The notes beneath the pieces are model-generated. The model was not told the origin of the DNA, ran no database searches, and was given only the letters and a program-made list of their open reading frames with translations. The position numbers and the translations under genes are program-made. Below, one piece after another: positions 1 to 8,574 of a stretch of DNA of 12,786 bases. Position 1 is the first letter of the stretch; the number at the start of each line of letters is the position of its first letter. The stretch covers positions 1-12,786 of the forward strand of contig JAYWEM010000038.1 in assembly GCA_043779265.1 (NCBI GenBank), given 5' to 3'. This DNA comes from a bacterium. Its GTDB lineage: Bacteria > Eisenbacteria > RBG-16-71-46.

Positions 1-2790
1 CTTCACGACCAGCGAGTCGGAGGACCAGGTGAGCAGCGTGGGCCCGGCGACGTTGTTGGCGAACCGCCGGCACTCGGGCGTGGTCTCGGGCACGTTGGCC
101 CGCGCGTACATGCGCCAGGGTCCGGTGGTGTTGGAGGTGCGCGAGAACACCAGCGTGGTGTCCTCGCCCGGCTGCAGCGCCCGCTTCACAGTGATCCGAC
201 TGTTGCCCGCCTGCCCCGCCACGGGAGCGGAGGGCAGATCGCGGTACCAATCGAACGACCAGGTGCTGGGCGTGGCGGCCTGGCCGACATTGGCGACGAC
301 GACGCGGATCTGCCGCGACTGCCCCAGCGTCCCCGAGCTGCTCGGCACCGTGAGGTTCGTGACGGCGAGGTCCGCGCCCGGAGGTGCCCAGGAGACATGC
401 GCGGGGCCGAAGAGATTGTTGTCCTCCTCGGCCGCGCACCCCTCGGCCACCTGATTCGAACAGTCGGACTTGAGGTAGTAGGCACGCGTCGTGGCGGTGG
501 TCGAGGTCACCGTGGTGCCGATGGTGTCGCGTTCTCCGGGAGCGAGCGCCCGGACCTGTCCGATGATCTGACCGGCCGAGCAGGATCCGGAGCCGAAGGG
601 GGACGTGGCCATGCCCAGGTTCGAGACCGGCGAGGCCACGCTGCCGGTGTTCGTGACGACGGCGCGCAACGTCACCACATCGCCGGCGCAGGGGCTCGGC
701 GGATCCGACAGCAGGTAGTCGACACGCAAGTCGGGGCGGGCGGGCGCACTCCAATTGAAGCTCGTCGAGTAGTTGTTGTCCTGCTCGTCCGCCTCGAGCA
801 CAGCGCCGTAGCCGGTTCCGAAGGCGTCGACGGACAAGACCGCTGAACGGGAGCCACAGAGCCCCGCCGGAACGAAGCTGGGGATGTTCTGGAACTGCTT
901 CACTTCATTCGGCGCCATCCCGGAGACCTGCTGATCGTAGACGACTCCCAGCCCCTGGATGTCCAGGCCGACTCTGAAGGGGCCGCTCGCTGAGAAGGAG
1001 TTGTTGCGGATCGCGAAGCTGAAGTAGCTGACTCGGTCATTGGCGAGTTGTGGATTCGAGAAGTCATTTTGAGCATTGGACGCGACGACGGGGCCAACCC
1101 AGCCGGGGGGCGTCGTGAACGTGAGGTTGGGACGTGGGATGCCCACGATGCTGATGTCATCAATGAAGAGGCCCGAGTCGGCAGGCGGTCCGACATACCC
1201 GACAGCATCGAAGTAGCCATCGAAATCCAAGCGGAGCCGGATCGAGCTGAGCAGCCCGTTCGGATTCGTGACTTGAACGGACTCGATTCGCCATTCCCTT
1301 TCTTGGCCACGAAGCGCGTTTGCGCCCGCCCGGCCGGGCAACCAGTTCGACCCGGAGTCAGTGCTGTACCACCACTGGAGCGAGTCGGTGGGAGGGCCCG
1401 AACGGGTATCCATCCATCGCCAGAAACCGACGTCTGCACGTAGATAGCTGGAAATCGACGACTCTGCCACCTGCCTCATGCTCGAGGATGTTTCCGAGTT
1501 GTATCCGAAGCAATAGGCTGGGCCGCCGGGCGTGCCGCTCCAATCACCGGAGCGCGTCTTGCTGCAAGCAGCCCACCTTCGATCCCACCCGGGGCCCCAG
1601 ACGGTGGCGACTTGCCATATCCCGCTCGAGATCGGCGCTTCGAATGTCTCCGAGAACAGGGTCTTCACGTCCCAGAACTCCAGCCCGGGTGAAGTCGGCT
1701 CGCTGATGCCGGTTACAGCCTGGCTCGAACGGTAGGTGGAAGCCGCCTCGTTCGAGGGCCTCATCTTGTGTGGTCGCGAACTCAGTGGAGGGCGCGCATG
1801 TTCGATCAAGTATTGGCCAGCGGCGCCGCCACCGAGATTGACGATGGAGTCGGGCACGGCCGGAACGAACTCCCATGCAGAGGAGCCCCCGGGCTTTCGC
1901 CACACACCGCCTTCGGTCGGCTTGTCGAATGGGTACGCCGTCCCATTCAGACCGCCACCCGTTTCGGCCGTCGTGTCGGCTACCATGACCTGCACGGGTA
2001 GCACGGCCAGCGTCGAGTTCCCGTCTCCCGCAATGAGGGAAGCTTCGCCGTAGTACTCCTCGGGGATGTCGAGCGAGACGTATAGTGAGCGATCCCCTCC
2101 GCTCGAGACCTCGCCCACGAGTTGGCCCCAAGCTCCCTCGAGCGCTACCTGGCTCACGTCGGTGAGTGCGGTCCCCTGCAGGTGGAAGTGACTCGTGCGG
2201 CCCGGGACGAGCCAAGTCGAAGTCGATGATTGCAGCACGGGCGGCTGCTCGATGCCATCGCCCGAAAGGATCGTGACTTCGGTGATCACGGGAACGAGAT
2301 CCCGGCCGCCTTCTGAATCTTCAAGCACCAGCGCTGCGACGTAGAATCGTGCCGCTTGGATGCCCGGGCAGTCCGCATACGAGAACCACTGGATGATGCA
2401 GAAGTCACCCGAGGGCGGGTCCTGGAACTCGATGCGCCGAGTGTAGCCCGTGTCGGGCGGAATCGACTGGGGCGGCAGATCGACGACCGGCCCGCACGAG
2501 TCCGCGGCAGGACCATCGACCATTTGGTAGCACAGGCTGTCCACGGTTCGCGGATACCAGCGAAGATCCAGCCCGATGACCCGTGCCTCCTGCACTCCGT
2601 GCAGCCGCAGGTAGAGGGGGAACTCGCCGAGCGGCAACCAGGTGCGATCGGTGACGATGGAGTTCCGGTCCCAGCTCAGCTCTGCGAACGCGTTCGCGTT
2701 CTGGCCCGCCAGCGCGGGTCGCGCCGAGCATGACGCAATGACCGAGCAGGCGACCACGAGGATTACCCGATGAATCGTGAAGGTGCTCAT
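1..2790 (-). CDS. Large secreted/surface modular protein (at least 930 aa, 3' end outside the window): signal peptide, TIG/IPT-like, MAM/jelly-roll-like and three CARDB-like Ig domains
   Basis: Manual translation of the minus strand from the ATG at 2790 stays open to base 1. It has no stop in the window, which is why the ORF track omits it. The N-terminus MSTFTIHRVILVVACSVIASCSARPALA|GQNANA looks like a Sec signal with an ALA cleavage site. PPVLQSSTSTWLVPGRTSHFHLQGTAL is TIG-like. LFSETFE...FWRWMDT...WYSTDSGSNW...IRLRLDFDG...GLFIDDISI is MAM/cleaved-adhesin-like. Repeats of the form P(D/N)L...N.G...L.PGE...NN are CARDB-like. Confidence 0.9.
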   Translation of the reverse strand, partial: MSTFTIHRVILVVACSVIASCSARPALAGQNANAFAELSWDRNSIVTDRTWLPLGEFPLYLRLHGVQEARVIGLDLRWYPRTVDSLCYQMVDGPAADSCGPVVDLPPQSIPPDTGYTRRIEFQDPPSGDFCIIQWFSYADCPGIQAARFYVAALVLEDSEGGRDLVPVITEVTILSGDGIEQPPVLQSSTSTWLVPGRTSHFHLQGTALTDVSQVALEGAWGQLVGEVSSGGDRSLYVSLDIPEEYYGEASLIAGDGNSTLAVLPVQVMVADTTAETGGGLNGTAYPFDKPTEGGVWRKPGGSSAWEFVPAVPDSIVNLGGGAAGQYLIEHARPPLSSRPHKMRPSNEAASTYRSSQAVTGISEPTSPGLEFWDVKTLFSETFEAPISSGIWQVATVWGPGWDRRWAACSKTRSGDWSGTPGGPAYCFGYNSETSSSMRQVAESSISSYLRADVGFWRWMDTRSGPPTDSLQWWYSTDSGSNWLPGRAGANALRGQEREWRIESVQVTNPNGLLSSIRLRLDFDGYFDAVGYVGPPADSGLFIDDISIVGIPRPNLTFTTPPGWVGPVVASNAQNDFSNPQLANDRVSYFSFAIRNNSFSASGPFRVGLDIQGLGVVYDQQVSGMAPNEVKQFQNIPSFVPAGLCGSRSAVLSVDAFGTGYGAVLEADEQDNNYSTSFNWSAPARPDLRVDYLLSDPPSPCAGDVVTLRAVVTNTGSVASPVSNLGMATSPFGSGSCSAGQIIGQVRALAPGERDTIGTTVTSTTATTRAYYLKSDCSNQVAEGCAAEEDNNLFGPAHVSWAPPGADLAVTNLTVPSSSGTLGQSRQIRVVVANVGQAATPSTWSFDWYRDLPSAPVAGQAGNSRITVKRALQPGEDTTLVFSRTSNTTGPWRMYARANVPETTPECRRFANNVAGPTLLTWSSDSLVVK
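20..1131 (-). repeat. Three tandem ~120-130 aa CARDB-like protein repeats inside the large ORF
   Basis: Units begin PNLTF (~1131), PDLRV (~735) and ADLAV (~375). Shared motifs: IRNN/VTNTG/VANVG, then GMAPNE/ALAPGE/ALQPGE, then EQDNN/EEDNN/FANN, then a closing W (FNW/VSW/LTW). Confidence 0.75.
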
Positions 2791-2803
2791 ACCGCATGCT
2801 GGC

Positions 2804-2831
2804 ACGCTAGCCAGAACTACATCAAGGGCAA
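2804..2831 (-). promoter_or_regulatory. Possible sigma70-type promoter for the CARDB-repeat gene
   Basis: Minus strand reads TTGCCC-N16-TAGCGT, ending 13 nt before ATG 2790, in a locally AT-richer spacer. There is no Shine-Dalgarno. Motif match only. Confidence 0.3.
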
Positions 2832-2870
2832 AATTGTCCGGCCATCCGAAATCCCGTCCGCCGCTCCCGA

Positions 2871-3749
2871 TCAGCGATAGGTCGTCTTGATCGAACCCCA
2901 GCTGCGGCTGCGGTTGGATGTCGGGTTGCAGGGATTGGGGGTGCAGGTGGTGCCGGGGCCCGCGGGTGAGCCACCCAGGTACGTGCACTCGCCCGGGTAC
3001 TGCATCGAGCAGCTGCCATCGCTCATGCAGCAGGCCTGCTCGGTGGGCAGCGAGAGTTCGGCCGAGACTCCATCCACGAAGTAGTAGCTGCCACCGAGCC
3101 ACGCACCCGGGCCCGGCGTGAGGTTGGTGCTGCCGTCGTCGCGGAAGCTGCCGATCGTGATGTGGTTCTCACCGCCCACGGCGACGTGGATGCCGCTGAT
3201 CAGCGTCCAGCCGGTCGAGTTGGAGAGCGCGACATTGGCCGGGCTCTCGATCTGCGGCGTGTAGGGCAGCGCCGCGTAGTTGTTCACCGGTCCCACCGGT
3301 CCCACCGACAGATAGGCACCGAGCCGGTCGACCGCGAGCGACGCGCTGTCCGCGAGCGAGACGCGGAACTGCACCAGGTAGGACATGCCCGCCTGCATCG
3401 GCGCCGTGAGCGGCGCCGTGACGTACTCGCGATAGTCCGGAGCGCTCGAGTAGGGGATGAGCCCGGCGAAGCCGACGCCGTCATAGGCGGCCTGGAACCC
3501 GAACTCGGTCTGCGGCACGTTGAGCGAGGGGTACACGACCGGCGCGCATGCGTTCAGATAGTCGGACGTGCCGGTGTTGGGCGTGTCCCACGGCGCGGCG
3601 ATGTAGCTCTGGCTGTAGCTGGTCGGGCAGCTCGTGTAGGACTCGAACCCGGGATTGGGCACCAGGTTCACGGCATGCGAGGCGGCCGGAGCGAGCAGCG
3701 CGGCCAGGGTGAAGAGGCCGAGCGCGAGGCGGGGGACACGGGCGACCAT
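2871..3749 (-). CDS. Secreted protein (292 aa): CBM/galactose-binding-like jelly-roll domain, Cys-rich ACCxxDGSC module and C-terminal SWGxIK tail
   Basis: Signal peptide MVARVPRLALGLFTLAALLAPAASHA|V and strong GC3 codon bias. AGGAG lies 5 nt upstream. NLVPNPGFE...YREY...L..P...G..Y...FRVSLAD...YYFVDGVS is a typical CBM-like jelly-roll pattern. The protein ends ACCMSDGSC...C...GG...GPGTTCTPNPC then PTSNRSRSWGSIKTTYR. Confidence 0.92.
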   Translation of the reverse strand: MVARVPRLALGLFTLAALLAPAASHAVNLVPNPGFESYTSCPTSYSQSYIAAPWDTPNTGTSDYLNACAPVVYPSLNVPQTEFGFQAAYDGVGFAGLIPYSSAPDYREYVTAPLTAPMQAGMSYLVQFRVSLADSASLAVDRLGAYLSVGPVGPVNNYAALPYTPQIESPANVALSNSTGWTLISGIHVAVGGENHITIGSFRDDGSTNLTPGPGAWLGGSYYFVDGVSAELSLPTEQACCMSDGSCSMQYPGECTYLGGSPAGPGTTCTPNPCNPTSNRSRSWGSIKTTYR

Positions 3750-3754
3750 GGGAT

Positions 3755-3759
3755 CTCCT
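3755..3759 (-). promoter_or_regulatory. Shine-Dalgarno site of the 292-aa gene
   Basis: Minus strand reads AGGAG-atccc-ATG (ATG at 3749). Confidence 0.7.
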
Positions 3760-3863
3760 GGCAGTGGGTGGGGCCGCAGCGAGCGAGGTTCGAGGGGTGA
3801 CGATGATACTTCGAACCACGGGCCCCGAACTGACAGGAAATCGGCCCGGGACCGCTTTCCGCG

Positions 3864-5774
<1,911 letters not shown>

Positions 5775-5781
5775 GCCGATG

Positions 5782-5811
5782 ACGATGTCCCGGCGGCATC
5801 GGGCGAGTCAA
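5782..5811 (-). promoter_or_regulatory. Putative sigma70 promoter giving a leaderless mRNA for the activator
   Basis: Minus strand reads TTGACT-N18-CATCGT-N7-ATG(5774). No SD sequence precedes the ATG. Confidence 0.45.
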
Positions 5812-5837
5812 TGACCGAGATGTCCGAGTAGCATGAT

Positions 5838-5876
5838 TGTCGCGTTGTGGTCAGTGCGCTGTAGCGTTTCGAGTCA
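5838..5876 (+). promoter_or_regulatory. Two putative upstream activating sequences (enhancer-binding protein sites)
   Basis: TGTCGCGTTGTGGTCA (5838-5853) and TGTAGCGTTTCGAGTCA (5860-5876) share TGTnGCGTT...GTCA. They start 22 bp apart (about 2 helical turns), roughly 70-107 bp upstream of the predicted sigma54 start, and resemble TGT-N10/11-ACA-type bEBP sites. Confidence 0.5.
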
Positions 5877-5918
5877 GAGCCAGCCCGGTCGCCCATGGAA
5901 AACCAATGTTTGCAGCCG

Positions 5919-5934
5919 TGGCTCGGCGATTGCT
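5919..5934 (+). promoter_or_regulatory. Sigma54 (-24/-12) promoter divergent from the activator; predicted +1 near 5945
   Basis: TGGCTCGGCGATTGCT against the consensus TGGCACG-N4-TTGCW has one mismatch and exactly 10 nt between GG and GC. It lies adjacent to and divergent from a GAFTGA-bearing activator. Confidence 0.75.
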
Positions 5935-5944
5935 ATCCATGGGA

Positions 5945-6060
5945 CCCAGAGGCGGCGGCCCGCTCACGGAAGTGGCCCTGTTCGCACTTGTATGGTGCAT
6001 CCCCCGGACGCCTGCACGGGTCTCTCTCCTGAGAGACGTCAGGTCCGCCGCCTCGACTTC
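5945..6060 (+). ncRNA. Candidate structured small RNA (or long structured leader) downstream of the sigma54 promoter; no family recognised
   Basis: GAGGCGGCGG (5949-5958) is perfectly complementary to CCGCCGCCTC (6045-6054). It encloses hairpins CAC-GGAA-GTG (5965-5974), GCAC-N7-GTGC (5984-5998) and GTCTCTC-TCCT-GAGAGAC (6020-6037). No credible ORF with an RBS lies on this strand. Confidence 0.3.
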
Positions 6061-6330
6061 TCCTCCGTCGCGCGACCCCTCCCCGATTCGGGAGCATTCC
6101 GAAGCGTCGAGCGGGGATCCGTCTGCGACCCCACGCACCGAGCGATCGCATCGGCGTTCCGGATGTCCGTCGGAAGGCGTGGTCTGTGCAGTGATGGGCC
6201 CTTCAGCTTCAGTCCTACACCCGGCCAGAAACCCCCGGCCGATGCGGGCTCCGATCGACACAGCCACGTCCGACCGGCGGTGTTCGGTGGCGACGGCGTG
6301 CACGACTTCGAGATGCGCGCGCGCTGCCCA

Positions 6331-8430
6331 CTAGGGCGCCGAAGGTCCGGCTTTCAACTGGAGCGTGAGTTCGGCCGTCTGGCGTCCGAGGCTGACGAGT
6401 CGGCGCAAGGTCGCGAACCCCTGCGCCGTCACCGTGAGCGTTCGATCCCCGATCGGTGCTGCGATGCAGAAGCGGCCGCGACGATCGGTGCGCGCACCCA
6501 GATCGAGATCGGCCAGGAGCACGCGCGCTCCGGCGACGGGCTCGCCGGCATCATCGCGCACCTCACCGCAGAGCAGCGGCCAGTCCTCCTCGGCATCGGT
6601 GGCGGGTGCAACTGCCGGCACGAGAGCTTCGGCGCGAACGGTTGCTGGCGTCGCGATGATCTGCGTGGCTGTTCGAGGCGCCGCTGTGGTGGCGCTGTGC
6701 TGGGGCTGAGCCTCGCGCTGAGCCGGAGGTGGCGGCGGCTGTGGCTTCGTGCGAACGACCTCGGGCTGCTTCAGCTCCTTCGCAGGCTGCCGTGACGGAG
6801 TGCTCGCGCGCTTCGGTTCCACGTCGACTCGCGCGGCCGCCGGCGCAGGAGAGTTGGCCGAGGCCGCCACGTCACGCGCCGTTGCGGCGCCATCGTCGGC
6901 CGTCGCGCGCACGAGTTCGATGCGTGGAAGCCGAGGCGACGGCATCTCGGGAACGGACACTGTGATCACGGGCGGCAGCGCATAGAGCGCCAGCACCACG
7001 ATGAGCGCTCCAGCCAGGGACAGGACGAGCACGCGAGGCGGTGAGCGTCGCTCGGACGTGACAGGACCCGCGCTGCGGCGGAGCGGGGCGAGCTGAACGG
7101 GCTCGGGCTCGGGCTTCACGGCGCTCGTGATCACGGGTTCGATCGAGGGTTCCGGTGCGCGCGCTGGAGGCGGCTCGGGACGGCGGTGCGCCAGGATGAT
7201 CGTGGCATCGAGATCGGTGGAGAGCCGAGCCGACGACGGCGTCGGTCGAGCGTGCTCGCCGGATTCCGAGGGCACCGCCACGGGCGGCGCGGGCCGCGGC
7301 ATCTCGGTCGATGCGGGGCGTGGGATCTCTCGCGAGGGCGGCTTGAGGACATCGGCTGCGGTGCGCGGCGGCTCGACCGGCGCGCGGGTCACGGCGCGCG
7401 GCGTCGCGAAGCCCTTGCCGAGCTCGGCCATCAGCGCATCGAGCGTGTGGTGAACATCCTCCACATCCGGCGCGGGCGCGGTGGGGGTCGGCGGCGTGGC
7501 TGCCTCGGTCGGCGGCGTGGGAAGCGGTGCCGCCGCGAGCGTCGCCGGCGGCTCGGGCTCGATCACCTCGGCGCGAACACGGCGCAGCGGCAGGTGCCGA
7601 CCCTTGGAGACCGCATCGATCAATTGGTCGAGGTAGTGCCCGAGGTCCTGCAGATAGGCTTCGCCCGGATCGAACGCGAGCAGCCGCCTCAGACCCTCCT
7701 CATGGCGGCGCAACCGGACGCTGAGATCGCGGCAGGAGGTGCACGCCGAGAGATGCCGCGTCACCAACTCGTGGCCGTCGTCCTTCAGTGCCCCGGCGAA
7801 CGTGCCATCGAGTGAGGCCGAGAGCAGGATCGGCGAGAGGTGCTCGCCGCTCACCGAGGCGGGCTCCTCGCCGCGCATCGACGCCTCGATCCGCACACGC
7901 AGCATCGCCATGCGCTCGACGGTCTCGCACAAAGGCAGTTCGAGGACGCGACTCACATCCGCCTGCGGCAGCCGCTCGAACGCGCGCAACGCGAACAACA
8001 GTCGGTCCTCGCTCGCCCAACTGGCATAGACCGCGAGCAACTGCTGCTCGTAGGCGGCGTCGTACGGGCTCGCCTCCCCCCACTGACGGCCATCGGGCCT
8101 CAGCAGCACGATCGGCGCGCCCTGTTCGCCGCATCGGCGGCGCACGGTCATCGCGGCACGGGACCTGGCGAGGCGGGTGATCGCGCCGAGGGCATCGAGC
8201 CCGGGTCCTTTGGCGAGGGCATCGCTCCAGAGCGATCGGGTCACCTCGACCAGCAGGGATTCGGCGTCGTCGCGCTCGAGCGTGAGCGTCAGGCACAGGC
8301 GCCAGGCGGGAAGCAGGTGGTGGCGCATCAACTCGGCGAGCGCGGACGCCTCGCCCCTCTGGGCGCGGCGCAGCAGGCTCTTGTCGCGGGCATCCTCACC
8401 GCTCTGGCCGAGATGGGCCGGGGTGTTCAT
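6331..8430 (-). CDS. Fusion protein (699 aa): degenerate ECF-type sigma factor (regions 2 and 4), zinc-finger anti-sigma (ZAS/zf-HC2), Pro-rich linker, single TM helix and C-terminal carboxypeptidase-regulatory-like domain
   Basis: Start placed at ATG 8430 (GGAGG 11 nt upstream), because the track's longer 8976 start overlaps fhs. DKSLLRRAQRGEASALAELMRHH...DDAESLLVEV..SLW resembles sigma2. EDRLLFALRAFERLPQADVSRVLELP resembles sigma4. HLSPILLSASLDG...VTRHLSACTSCR is ZAS with HxxxCxxC. TM VLVLSLAGALIVVLALYAL lies at ~6975-7032. GEVRDDAGEPVAGARV...TDRRGRF...LTVTAQGF resembles CarboxypepD_reg. Confidence 0.85.
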   Translation of the reverse strand: MNTPAHLGQSGEDARDKSLLRRAQRGEASALAELMRHHLLPAWRLCLTLTLERDDAESLLVEVTRSLWSDALAKGPGLDALGAITRLARSRAAMTVRRRCGEQGAPIVLLRPDGRQWGEASPYDAAYEQQLLAVYASWASEDRLLFALRAFERLPQADVSRVLELPLCETVERMAMLRVRIEASMRGEEPASVSGEHLSPILLSASLDGTFAGALKDDGHELVTRHLSACTSCRDLSVRLRRHEEGLRRLLAFDPGEAYLQDLGHYLDQLIDAVSKGRHLPLRRVRAEVIEPEPPATLAAAPLPTPPTEAATPPTPTAPAPDVEDVHHTLDALMAELGKGFATPRAVTRAPVEPPRTAADVLKPPSREIPRPASTEMPRPAPPVAVPSESGEHARPTPSSARLSTDLDATIILAHRRPEPPPARAPEPSIEPVITSAVKPEPEPVQLAPLRRSAGPVTSERRSPPRVLVLSLAGALIVVLALYALPPVITVSVPEMPSPRLPRIELVRATADDGAATARDVAASANSPAPAAARVDVEPKRASTPSRQPAKELKQPEVVRTKPQPPPPPAQREAQPQHSATTAAPRTATQIIATPATVRAEALVPAVAPATDAEEDWPLLCGEVRDDAGEPVAGARVLLADLDLGARTDRRGRFCIAAPIGDRTLTVTAQGFATLRRLVSLGRQTAELTLQLKAGPSAP

Positions 8431-8544
8431 GACCGAGGGGTCCTCCGAGGGGTGGGGCGGCTGCCGGACGACAACTCGCCCATCCGATGGGTTGTCGGCC
8501 GATTCGGGCTCGGGCTTGAAGCCGGACTCATGGGCGCGGCGGGG

Positions 8545-8574
8545 GTGACGCGCCCGCCCGAGGCTGGGTAGAGT
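8545..8574 (+). promoter_or_regulatory. Putative sigma70 promoter giving a leaderless fhs mRNA
   Basis: GTGACG-N18-TAGAGT-N7-ATG(8582). No good SD at normal spacing. Confidence 0.45.

Noticed and set aside
29..2797. Numerous short track ORFs on both strands in 1-2800, and the overlapping ORFs within the activator, fhs and GH13 genes
   Set aside because: They are off-frame or antisense shadows of long high-GC genes, with low-complexity Arg/Pro/Ser-rich translations and no motifs.
2799..2845. Sigma54-like TGGCACG (plus strand, 2800) and TGGCCGG...TTGC (minus strand) upstream of the CARDB gene
   Set aside because: The first lacks the -12 TTGC and faces the wrong way. The second has 12 nt rather than 10 nt between GG and GC.
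5898..5913. IHF site between the UAS-like boxes and the sigma54 promoter
   Set aside because: AAAACCAATGTTTG is AT-rich and well placed but does not fit the WATCAA-N4-TTR spacing, so it is not called as a feature.
6037..6054. GTCAGGTCCG resembling the SRP (4.5S) RNA core; a tRNA-like reading of 5949-6054 was also considered
   Set aside because: The required GAAGGAAGCAGC continuation is absent, and there is no correctly placed T-loop (GTTCRA), anticodon arm or CCA end on either strand.
5960..6180. CsrB/RsmZ-type sponge RNA (CAC-GGAA-GTG hairpin and a few other GGA sites)
   Set aside because: Only one good ANGGA-in-loop site is present. Such RNAs carry many.
5833..6795. Plus-strand ORFs 5833..6795 and 5837..6334 (and internal ATGs at 5939, 5992, 6194) as the sigma54 target gene
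   Set aside because: The annotated starts lie upstream of or within the promoter, the internal starts lack an SD, there is no GC3 bias or recognisable motif, and the longer ORF overlaps the convergent gene. A very small peptide cannot be fully excluded.
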